Assembly (NCBI GenBank): GCA_964016885.1
Contig: OZ024747.1
Coordinates: 42,594,001-42,658,000, forward strand
DNA: 64,000 nucleotides
From: Eledone cirrhosa
Taxonomy: Eukaryota
Reading direction: 5' to 3'
The notes beneath the pieces are model-generated. The model made no database searches, had not been told where the DNA came from, and saw nothing but the letters and a program-made list of their open reading frames with translations. Positions 52,763 through 64,000 of this stretch are shown piece by piece. Made by a program: the position numbers and the translations under genes. Positions within the stretch are counted from its first letter, which is position 1. Each line of letters begins with the position of its first letter.

Positions 52763-52768
<6 letters not shown>
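52399..52768. repeat. Perfect inverted repeat, 180-bp arms and 10-bp spacer
   Basis: 52399-52578 is the reverse complement of 52589-52768; spacer atcagggata; runs into (TA)n. Confidence 0.92.
52659..52723 (+). ncRNA. Type-I minimal hammerhead motif (mirror copy on the minus strand at 52444-52508)
   Basis: tattttgt-CTGATGA-aag(c)ataccat/atggtat(c)ctt-GAAA-tatgta-TA-ataaaata. Confidence 0.78.
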
Positions 52769-52817
<49 letters not shown>

Positions 52818-52928
52818 ATATAAATATATGTGTGTGTGTGTGTAAAAGGTAAACAGAAATAACAACACAATCGGCACAGTATATGGAAGGTATATATTAG
52901 GTTAACGCTTGATATAGCAGGAAGAGGG

Positions 52929-52964
52929 TCTTAACGTTTCGGATGCTAGTCTTTCATCAGAAGA
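52929..52964 (-). ncRNA. Minimal hammerhead motif with a weakened helix II
   Basis: tctt-CTGATGA-aagactagcatcc-GAAAC-GTT-aaga; same family as 7788-7823. Confidence 0.6.
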
Positions 52965-53199
52965 AAGAATGAGAAATAAAACAGATTAAGAGGATGGGCA
53001 GGATGGAATTGGAAAAAATGTCTTTAGATAAAAATAACAGGTTCATTGATGTTGATATCTCTTGTAAAATGATGAGGATGATGATTATATATATATATAT
53101 ATTAAATAATAAAGTTTCAGAGAAAGTTACATTAATTAGGAAATTATCAGAATTATTCTTTTAAAAACCAACCAATAAAAAATGTTGTCTAATACTTAC

Positions 53200-53211
53200 A
53201 TCTTTATCCAT
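53200..53211 (-). CDS. SNTG: Probable first coding segment (MDKD) of the gamma-syntrophin-like gene; whole exon 53200-53263
   Basis: Acceptor tttcttatatttttcag|AGA at 53263, donor GAT|gtaagt at 53200, ATG in AAGATGG context with an in-frame upstream TAA. A phase-0 join to the 17075 exon gives MDKD-IKQGLV... Confidence 0.7.
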
Positions 53212-53315
53212 CTTGTCAGTTGGTGCTACTTAAAACATAAAAACAACCTCTGAGTCATTTTCTCTGAAAAATATAAGAAAATTTAATCATTAATAAATTA
53301 ATATATTTAACATCT

Positions 53316-53528
53316 TTAACCCTTTAGCATTTACATTACTCTATATATTCTATATTTTTATAGTAAAGGCTTTATCTCACATAATATTGAATCTATGAGA
53401 TTTTGATGATATTTATTTTTAGATCAATACCTTAATGTCAGTATGAGCAAACTGTTACGGCTGGTTTGAACAGAAAGAGGTGATAGAACTCTGGCTGGAT
53501 ACAGCCAGTTTAAATGCTGAAGGGTTAA
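53316..53528. mobile_element. TTAA-flanked MITE copy
   Basis: ttaaccctttagcattt ... aaatgctgaagggttaa. Confidence 0.8.
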
Positions 53529-54176
53529 ATGACCTACTACAACTATCACCAAAACGTACAACTGAATATTGTAATAGAAAGATGTGTGTGTGCATATACC
53601 AGACTAAAGAATATAAGCAAAGGATATAAACATCAGTGACAAAATTTGTTGTGCTTTAGAAATAAAATCCCTTAAGATGTTTCTACATTAAGTTACAGAC
53701 ATTCCTTTGTTGATTTTATCAGAAATGTATTGAACTAGTAGCTGGTTCATTGGAAACCTCTGACCAATAACGGTAGTGTTCACAAATTGCAATATAAAAA
53801 AAAAATCTGAATAAATAATGTACATTAAGCACTGCATACACACAGTACAGAAATCTTAGTAGTGTGTGGCAAAAAAACAGAGAGGCTGAAATGACCAAAA
53901 TTATTCTCCGTGTAGGAATAAAACATAATATTATTGATGTGAGCAGTTATATAATAAATTTATAAAGTTGAAACAACAATTTTCTATTTAAATTCAAAAC
54001 TTAGCATCATGAAATTTACCCATGATTCAATGCAGCTAACATCTACATCAAATTATGCAGTTATACATACATATACATATATCTCTCCCTCCCATACATC
54101 TTTCATGAGCTGTAGCATACATCTAGTGAAGCCTCCAGCCCACACACACACATATATATATATATATATAGATATT

Positions 54177-54215
<39 letters not shown>

Positions 54216-54221
54216 GATATT

Positions 54222-54254
<33 letters not shown>

Positions 54255-54479
54255 GATATTACACACACATATATACATATATAGATATACACACACATAC
54301 ATACATATACACACACACACACATTGCTTCTAGTCTCTTTGAAGATTCATCTTAGTGTACAGATTAAAGCATTTTTGCTTACTGGAATTTTATGTTGATG
54401 TATCAATTTATCTTGAAATACTTAATCTCTTCACACTTTGAACATTTGACTTGACTACAAAATACTGAATATTTGTACA

Positions 54480-54770
54480 TATCTATATATCCATCTACCT
54501 ACCTACCTACCTACCTATTTATCAATCTGCCTATCCATATACATACCTATCCATATTTCTACCTACCTATCTATCTACCTATTTATCTATATAAATATCT
54601 ATATATATAACTACCTATCTATCTACCTACCTATTTATTTATATAAATATCTATCTATATAACTACCTATCTACCTATTTTATCTATATAACTATCATCT
54701 ATATACCTCACTACATATCTATCTACCTACCTATTTATCTAACTAGCTATCTACGTATTAACCTATTTAT
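54480..54770. repeat. (CTAT)n/(CTAC)n degenerate microsatellite
   Basis: Direct reading. Confidence 0.85.
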
Positions 54771-57476
54771 CTTTTCTCTCTCATATACAGTCTTTTAGCA
54801 TCCAAACTGACCAATCAAACCATTCTGAAGATTGTGTTTGTTCAAACAACTGAGATGTAGCTTTGCACCATAAACTTATCTACTACTATTTCTATTAAAG
54901 TTGCATGGTTAAAAATCAACCCTTTCATTACCATATTTTTAGACACTCCTTATGAATTTGAATCATTTCGAAAATAACCAGAAATTTGGAGGGATATAGT
55001 AATAAAAGGTCTCATTAAAATTATGATGGATTGTTTTTTGATAAAAATAAACATTTTAATATATACGATTTTGTCTCCTAGAACCAGAGGCGTTTTCAGG
55101 TAGTTTCGTATCAAAAGAGTTACACAAGGCATACTGTACAATACAAAACTACAATTGCAGCATTAGTATAATAAATGTGTAAAGACTTAAACCTTAAATA
55201 TGACACATTAGACTATTTTACCTATAAGATCACTGTGGGTTTTTTGTTTAGCTCCAGATCAGTTCTGACTAAACAGACCTCTGATCTAAGGTGATATCTT
55301 TGTGATCATTCTAATATATTTATTTTTTCCAGATATAATGTCTCAAAAACCATATTAAACAATGTATCTATGCTTTTTTTTTTTAAAGATGGTAGAGCGG
55401 GATTTAGGGGAGAGAAACCTGTTGGAGTGATAATAGATATAATTACTATCAAATTCAATAGTTGTTAAAATGGGAGCTTATTTTGTTAGGTTTTACAAGC
55501 AAATAAAATTGTAGATCACAGTGCAAATTATAAAATTATACCTAAACAAAGAGAGGAATTAAAACAGAATAGGAAAATGAATAGGTTTCAGCATGATGCC
55601 CAATATACTAAATCTCTAAATAAGAGAGTAATGGTAAAAAAGTTAGTAAATCTTAACTTAAAACTGATAGGGTCAGAGTTCAATACCAGTTTCTGAGATG
55701 TTGACCTTTTTGTTGTTATATTTGAAAAACACTGTTTATGACTTTCAAATCATTTTGAAGGATATAGTAATATAACTTGCTCATTATTTAGTGATTGGAA
55801 CATAACTTAACAAAGGTTCTTATATAAAATTATGGTAAATATATTAGATATTAATTAGATAATTATAAACACTTAAAAAAAATCTTCTATCATAGAAGAA
55901 AAGTCAGTTTCATGCAGTTTGGTATCAAAACGATTAAGTGGATGAGAGATATATTCTTTCCTGGATAGGAAGCTAGAGTTTCTCAAGCAATTACCTCAGA
56001 AAAAGCCTGTGTCAGTTGCTGGTTTTAAACCAGTTTAGCCTTTTTTATACTTCTCCCCTAAAACTGCCCATGATTCTATGATACACAACTTCTCATTTTA
56101 AAATGTTTATATTTATCTAAAACCCTTCCATCATAAAACACAAAACCAAAAAACTGTTAAGTTATATTCCAAACACCAATTTTATAATATTTGAACTTGA
56201 CAAACCCCATCTTTTTCATGCAATTGAGATCTTTGGTAGCTTCAGTTCCAAAACTGCTGTATTCCTCTGCAAAATTGGGAAGAGTCAATCCTGCCTAAGA
56301 AGAAGCCCCACAAGTTGAAGTGGCTGATGCAGTGGATATAACTGGCTATTCTTCGAAGTAATGTTTTGTCTGTGGAGTGAAGCTGAGATATATCACCTAG
56401 GCTGGGGTGTAGAGTCAGCCACTTCCCCTTACTTTCATTGTTCAATCTTTTTTTTTTTAATTGCAAACAATATATAATTTAATTAAAATTTGTTGAATAA
56501 AGATACTCCTCACTAAATCCCGCCAAATACTTGGTTATTTTCAAAATTATTTGCAACGTATATGAAGTGCATTTCATTAGAAATATGGTAACAAAAAGGG
56601 TTAAGTTTATCACCCTCAACTTCACTTTTATTATTTTTGTTTTTAATTCAATTTTATTGATAAAAGAAAAGGAAAAGAACTATCAATCGATAGATTCTTT
56701 GAGACCTGCAGAAAGAACTAGACACTCTGGGGAGTATTGGTAACTAGAATACAGAAAACATTGCACAAAACCTCCTCCCACTGGAAATGTTTCCTTTATC
56801 AACTTTTTAACTATTAAAAACAATGCTCCTGACAAGTTGAAGCTTTAAAAGAATACAGAGTAAAATGAAGTTATTCCATTGGGCAATTCTTTTATCATTC
56901 ATCATAAAGATGAAACAATAAACTGGACATAAATAGAGATTTCTTAATAGCTTCCAAAAGATAAACTTACTTTTTTAAGACAGAGAATACAATTGGAAGA
57001 TTAATTAAATTTATTAAAAATCTGGTTATCAAAGAGAGAAGCAAAATAGATGAAATCACTGAAGAAGGAAACAAAAATGACAAAAAATAGGTGCCTAACA
57101 GAAGTAGTGGAGAATGAAATCAGAAAGCAAAACACAAAACAATACAATATGTATAGTAATTCCAATATTAAACAGTCAATTTAATCAAAGTTTTATTCAG
57201 TTAATTTAATCAAATCATGAGTTAGAAATATTCTTTAGTGTCTGAACTATCCAATTTCCAGAGCAAACAAAAATGATAGAAAATGAGAAGATCAAAAGGT
57301 TATAGTATTTACTTGAAACACTAGCTAAAATATGAGATTAAAGGGTTTCATTTTAGTCTCTCCTGCCTACCACAAGTAATTTTTAACAGTGAATATTTAT
57401 AAAAAGAAATTAACACACACAAAAACATGCATATGAATACACAACTACACATATAAACATGCACAAATAGACATTC

Positions 57477-57620
57477 ACAAATGTACACACACACACAAAG
57501 ACACATTCACACATACAAATGTACACACACACAAAGACACATTCACACATAGAAATGTACACACACACAAAGACACATTCACACATACAAATGTACACAC
57601 ACAAAGACATGCACACATAC
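57477..57620. repeat. ~36-bp CA-rich minisatellite, ~4 copies
   Basis: acaaatgtacacacacacaaagacacattcacacat units. Confidence 0.8.
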
Positions 57621-59329
57621 AATGATACATGCAGACATTCTAAGAGAGACTCAGATTATGTGATTGTCATGCTACTGCACTATGAGGAAGCCTTGTCATA
57701 GTGGTTTGAACTACTAGCAATAGAAAGTACATCTTCCTGAAATCGAATTCTACCACCTTAAAGAATGGACACATTGAACAATATAGGCCTAAGGCTAAAC
57801 AACAGCAAACATACATATAAATAATTTTTATTTTTGATATCAGAGGCCTGTATAATTAGGGCTGATTTGGAGCTAAACAATAAAGACAAGAATTAGCAAC
57901 ACAATCTCCCTGAAATCACACCCTGCCATCTTAATCCTTTTGATAGTAAACTGCCTGAAACCAACCTTAATTTTGTGATATAAATCTGATCATTTTCGTG
58001 TTGATACTTATGTTAAACCATTCTATCACAAGAACATTTGTTATGTTCCAAATGCCAGCTTAATAATGGAAAAAATTAGCAATTTTACTTTCATTAGAAA
58101 TATTGTAACAAAAGGGTTAAAGAAAAGAGAGAAATGATATGGGTAATATAGTTATAGAAATAAACAGGATGTCCGTGACTGGATAGCTTGGGGAAAAACA
58201 ATAATGGGAGTACTTTACAGAGGTTTTATTTGAACATAATCCACACTGAACTTGTAAGGATATTTACAATGTCTTGTGGGGAAAGTGTTAAACTAGAACT
58301 AAAAAAAAATATAATTGTAGTCACCAAATAATAGCTGAAATCCTGATTTAGAGGCTTAGGTTGATAATTTAAAGTAAACACTCATTATGACATTAATATA
58401 TTTTAGATTAATGGACATCTTCAATTAATCAATATTTTATAGACAATAAAGATGCTGAATTTGGCAGAAAAATAAAATGTGAGACTTAATACCTTGCAAC
58501 TGTAATAAAGTCAAGTTGAGCCAATTAGGGAGCTTTTACACATCCACTAAATGTGCCAAGAATAATAGACAATCTCCTTAAAGTCACACCCAAATCTCTT
58601 CAACTCTTAACACCCCATATCACATGATGCCATATTAGTACAAAACAGAATTATGACTGCATTACATTAATAATTAATGGATTTAAATTACTGCAAATTT
58701 TTACAATGATCTGTCCACTAGTAAAGATATTATAAACATTTGAATTAACATTCCTGTTTTAGATATTCCATGCTAGATCATTACATAATGAAAAGAGACA
58801 TTGTTTAATAAAAAAAAAAAGTTATCAAAACCTGGGCCACCAACAACAGAACAATCTGTAAACCAATAGAATAATTCAGAAATTTCTAGAATGCTATCAC
58901 TGTTTTAAAAATGTGGAATTGTGTCATAACAAGTTACTTATCTACAGCTAGAAAGACTGGGACCTTGCAAGTTAAGTGTCTGTACCAACGGAAAAATATG
59001 ACACTCATGAAAAAGTCCTGATGATGTTACTAAATGTATTAGAAATAGAAACCAAATCTTTTTTAAATCCTATACTAATGCTTTAAAACAAAAGACAATA
59101 GATAATGTAGTTCTAAATAAACAATGTCTGAAATAACAAGACAGGATGGTTATATCTGGAATACCTTTGATCATTGGTCTGCTGGGTCAGAGTGAACATG
59201 GGGTTGAACAACAACTAATAGTAGCTCTACATCGACAACTACCACTAAAACAACCCCTACCATCACACCATCACAACTAGACTTTGTAACCAAATCTCCT
59301 TCAAATCACAACCTATCAACTTTGAAAAG

Positions 59330-61125
59330 AAAGGACACATGTGGGCTTCATCAGTCTAGGGGGCCAGTGAAGGACACAGCTGAGTGTTAACTATGTGGGC
59401 TTCATCAGTCTAGGAGGTCAATTAAGGACACAGTTGAGTGTTAACTATGTGGGTTTCATTAGTCTAGGAGGTCAATGAAGGACACAGTTGAGTGTTAACT
59501 ATGTGGGTTTCATTAGTCTAGGAGGTCAATGAAGGACACAGTTGAGTGTTAACTATGTGGGTTTCATCAGTCTAGGAGGTCAATTAAGGACACAGTTGAG
59601 TGTTAACTATGTGGGTTTCATTAGTCTAGGAGGTCAGTGAAGGAGACAGTTGAGTCTTAACTATGTGGGTTTCATTAGTCTAGGAGGTCAATGAAGGACA
59701 CAGTTGAGTGTTAACTATGTGGGTTTCATTAGTCTAGGAGGTCAATGAAGGACACAGCTGAGTATTAACTATGTGGGTTTCATTAGTCTAGGAGGTCAAT
59801 GAAGGACACAGTTGAGTGTTAACTATGTGGGTTTCATTAGTCTAGGAGGTCAATGAAGGACACAGCTGAGTATTAACTATGTGGGTTTCATTAGTCTAGG
59901 AGGTCAATGAAGGACACAGCTGAGTATTAACTATGTGGGTTTCATTAGTCTAGGAGGTCAGTGAAGGACACAGTTGAGTCTTAACTATGTGGGTTTCATT
60001 AGTCTAGGAGGTCAATGAAGGACACAGTTGAGTGTTAACTATGTGGGTTTCATTAGTCTAGGAGGTCAATGAAGGACACAGTTGAGTGTTAACTATGTGG
60101 GTTTCATTAGTCTAGGAGGTCAGTGAAGGACACAGTTGAGTCTTAACTATGTGGGTTTCATTAGTCTAGGAGGTCAATGAAGGACACAGTTGAGTGTTAA
60201 CTATGTGGGTTTCATTAGTCTAGGAGGTCAATGAAGGACACAGCTGAGTATTAACTATGTGGGTTTCATTAGTCTAGGAGGTCAGTGAAGGACACAGTTG
60301 AGTCTTAACTATGTGGGTTTCATTAGTCTAGGAGGTCAATGAAGGACACAGTTGAGTGTTAACTATGTGGGTTTCATTAGTCTAGGAGGTCAATGAAGGA
60401 CACAGTTGAGTGTTAACTATGTGGGTTTCATTAGTCTAGGAGGTCAGTGAAGGACACAGTTGAGTCTTAACTATGTGGGTTTCATTAGTCTAGGAGGTCA
60501 ATGAAGGACACAGCTGAGTGTTAACTATGTGGGTTTCATTAGTCTAGGAGGTCAATGAAGGACACAGCTGAGTATTAACTATGTGGGTTTCATAAGTCTT
60601 GGAGGCCAATGAAGGGCACAGTTGAGTGTTAACTATGTGGGTTTCATTAGTCTAGGAGGTCAATGAAGGACACAGCTGAGTATTAACTATGTGGGTTTCA
60701 TTAGTCTAGGAGGTCAGTGAAGGACACAGTTGAGTGTTAACTATATGGGTTTCATTAGTCTAGGAGGTCAGTGAAGGACACAGATGAGTATTAACTATGT
60801 GGGTTTCATTAGTCTAGGAGGTCAGTGAAGGACACAGTTGAGTCTTAACTATGTGGGTTTCATTAGTCTAGGAGGTCAATGAAGGACACAGATGAGTATT
60901 AACTATGTGGGTTTCATCAGTCCAGGAGGTCAATGAAGGACACAGTTGAGTGTTAACTATGTGGGTTTCATTAGTCTAGGAGGTCAGTGAAGGACACAGA
61001 TGAGTCTTAACTATGTGGGTTTCATTAGTCTAGGAGGTCAATGAAGGACACAGCTGAGTATTAACTATGAGGGTTTCATCAGTCCAGGAGGTCAATGAAG
61101 GACACAGTTGAGTGTTAACTATGTC
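59330..61125. repeat. 54-bp tandem satellite, ~33 copies
   Basis: aactatgtgggtttcattagtctaggaggtcaatgaaggacacagttgagtgtt; stop codons in all six frames. Confidence 0.97.
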
Positions 61126-62754
61126 GACTTCTGTCTAGGGAAGCCAAATAAATAATAAGTAGAGATGAAATAGTCACAATTGGAATACCATTGACCATAG
61201 GCTAGCTAGATCAAGATTAAACAAAAGCCACGACATACATTCCAGAATGTAAGACAGTCTTAGTTCAGAATATATAAACCAACTATGGCGCCCAAAATAC
61301 TGTGAAAAGTAAGAAAAAAGGAGTAAAAATGTGAAATATTCAATGCCAAACCAGCTGTAATATAACACTTTTAATTTTAAAGTGTTCATATTTATCTTAA
61401 AACCTTTCATTACAATTCAATGTAAGAATCATTGTTAAATTATATTCCAAACACCAACTTAATGAAAAATTTAATTAGATTACTAAATCCCTCAAGTTCT
61501 TAATTATTTTAAAAATGATTTTATTAGAAATATGATCTTTAATTATTATAAATATGATAATTAAAGTGTTAAAGAACTACTATCACTAATATCTATACTA
61601 TTTTGCCATTATACATTCTTCAAATCATGCATTTTTGTTAATTTTCTCCAAACGTTTTAAGATGTAATTTGGTTATGGAGCAGGAAAGAAGAAATAAGTT
61701 GGAATCCAGGAGGAGGAGAAAAGCAGTAATTTGACTACCATTGCTGACCAGTAAAGAGGGTGTTATTGTTCATGGTTGAAACATCCAATGGACATTGGAT
61801 ACTGACGATAACTCCTGGCTAAAGCTATATTCACCAAAGGTGAATGAATGTAAGGCATCTTCTTTAAGATGTAAATATCCTTCCAGTAATACAATTTATA
61901 TTGGTTAATCTGACCTGTCTAGTCTTGCATTGTGACCTGTTCACCCTGTGCCAGCATGGAAAGGGGATATAAAATGATGATGATGATTGCCATTTTTTTT
62001 TTTTGTAGAGTCTGACATTACCATTTGATAGCAGGAATTATCAGATTTACATCTATTTAGAAGGCAGAATAAAAATCAATATAAATGTATTAGAAAACAT
62101 ATTAGGATTTTTAAAAAGAAAATATGACCATGAAAAGTTTAAAATATATATTATTTTATTGAAAAATATGTCTTTTTATTTTACACACACACATTTAGAG
62201 AGTGAGAGAGAGAAAGAAGGGGAGAAGAGAAATCCTGACAGAAAAAAAAGAGACATACAGATAAAGCAAGACAGATAAGGAACATGAGAGAAAGTGTGAG
62301 TGCATGTGTGTGTGTAAATTGTTATTGTGTGTCAGTGGGTGAGTATGCATGGTTATATGGGGAGAGAGAGAGGGTAGAGAAATAGACAGCACACACAATA
62401 TAAGTACTTTTAAAGCAAATAGTATTTTTATTTTCTACTTTTTTTTATATCCTTCACTACAAATGAAGGAAAAATCAATACAGCTACCAAGAAATAGATA
62501 TTTAGAAAGAAGTTTGAAAATATCAACATTGCAATAGGTATGAAGGTTTGTATTCTTTGATACAATTAGATATCAAGCAGATATATTCACCAGTTTCCTT
62601 TTCATATGTATAATTATAGCATTATACAGCACCTGCAGAAGTAGTGGTTTCACTGGGATCAAGACATCTGCTGCCAAATGTAAAGATTTTATAAATGTTT
62701 CATTAAGGGCTCTTATTTTATCAGAGTTAAAAGGACTGTTCAGTCCTGTCAAGA

Positions 62755-63130
62755 ACATGACAAGCTCTCTAGTGGTGGTGTAATAATAAAATACACCCAG
62801 TACACTGTAAAATAGTTGGCATTAGGAAACCATGACAAAAAATTGACAGAAAGGATTCTTCTGTCATTTCAAGGATATGACAATCTCCCTAGTGCTGGTG
62901 CCATGATAAAATACGCTCAGTACACTTTGTGTACTGAGTGTATTTGGCATTAGGTAGAACATCCAGCTATAGGAGCCATACTAAAACCTGGAACATATGT
63001 AAGCAAGACAAGGTTTCTCAACTAGTCTAGGAGGAGTGTAGCTCTGATAAAGTATTGATTTGGTATGTACTGACCCATCCAACCCATGCCAGCATGAGAA
63101 TGTGGGTGTAAAGTGATGACGACGATGATG
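62755..63130 (+). mobile_element. Old bipartite RTE-derived element (duplicated 5'UTR module plus 3' tail)
   Basis: Two ctagtg(c/g)tggtg...ataaaatac..cagtacact modules, then gacccatccaacccatgccagcatg...gatgatg. Confidence 0.6.
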
Positions 63131-63662
63131 TCAGGTTAATAATTCTTTCTTACATTGGCACTTAAGGCCAGCAATTTGGGAGAAGGGAAAAGTCAATTAT
63201 ATCAACCCAGTACTTAGCTGGTACTTTATTTTATCAACCTCACTGGGTTTTGAACTCAGAACTTAGAAAGTGTCTTCACTATATACTGCAAAGGATTTTG
63301 TTTGATGCTCTACCAATACTGCCAATCCACTGCCCTCATGCTAAGTTAATAATGTTTTTTTTTTGGGGGGGGGGGGGGATTAAATCGACCACAGTGCATT
63401 ACTGGTGCTTTATTTCAACAACCCTGTAAGGATGAAAGGTAAAGCTAACCTTGAGGAGATTTGAACTCAGAACGTAACGGGCTGTAACTCTATGCAGCGA
63501 AGCACAGAATCCGATGCTCTACCAATACTGCCAATCCATCTCCTTCATGCTAAGTTAATAATGACAATATTAACTTGATCAATCAGGCAAAAAATAAGCT
63601 TGGGGGAAGGGAGAGGTGAGATTAACACAAATTTGATTGAAATGAATATGACAGAGTTTTGG

Positions 63663-64000
63663 AAGATTGACTTCCTGCTAGTTAGACAGCGAGGCAGACA
63701 AATGGTGTCAAATACTAAGGCATATCCCAGGGAAGAATGTACTCTACAGCATAGGTTAGTCGTTAGTGACATCTCAGTAAGCTAGAGAAAGAATGAGACA
63801 CAGGAAGGTGTGGAAAAGAAAGGTCTGGAAGCTAAAAGACCTTTCATTAAAATATAAATTTAGCAAAGCCCTTCAAGATGTGTATGACAAAAAGGAAGAC
63901 GATTTAGAGTTGTATGACATAGATGATAACTGGAATGAAGAAACTTGTGGTTGGGGGCAGAGCTTCAACAAGACAGAGAGTGACCTGGTGGTGGAACAGC
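63663..64000 (+). mobile_element. RTE subfamily B fragment running off the window end
   Basis: IDFLLVRQR...NTKAYPREECTLQHRLVVSDISVS...TWWWN, closely matching 12188-12555. Confidence 0.9.

Noticed and set aside
59330-61125. Possible coding repeat (54 = 18 codons), CRISPR or hammerhead array
   Set aside because: Stops occur in all six frames, there are no spacers, and no GAAA/helix III follows the CTRATGA.

Overview
AT-rich, microsatellite- and retroelement-dense eukaryotic DNA. The repeat families and (TA)n/(CA)n/(ATG)n tracts look like an octopus or other cephalopod genome (inference). The only host gene I can support is a minus-strand gamma-syntrophin-like gene, represented by two small coding exons (53200-53211 MDKD, 16929-17075 IKQGLV...ILNQ) separated by a ~36 kb intron. 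Most or all of the window is therefore probably intronic. It contains degenerate RTE/BovB-type LINEs of two subfamilies, tRNA-headed SINEs sharing RTE segments, non-autonomous Helitrons, TTAA-flanked MITEs, a 5.6 kb 23-bp satellite and a 1.8 kb 54-bp satellite. The signal the ORF track does not show is a set of type-I hammerhead ribozyme motifs at nine loci, all beside (TA)n/(CA)n tracts. These include a 615-bp x3.3 tandem array with one large hammerhead per unit, a 437-bp terminally redundant element with a canonical long-helix-I hammerhead, and long palindromes carrying a hammerhead on each strand. This looks like a Penelope-like/retrozyme system. Structures were paired by eye; no folding or database search was run.
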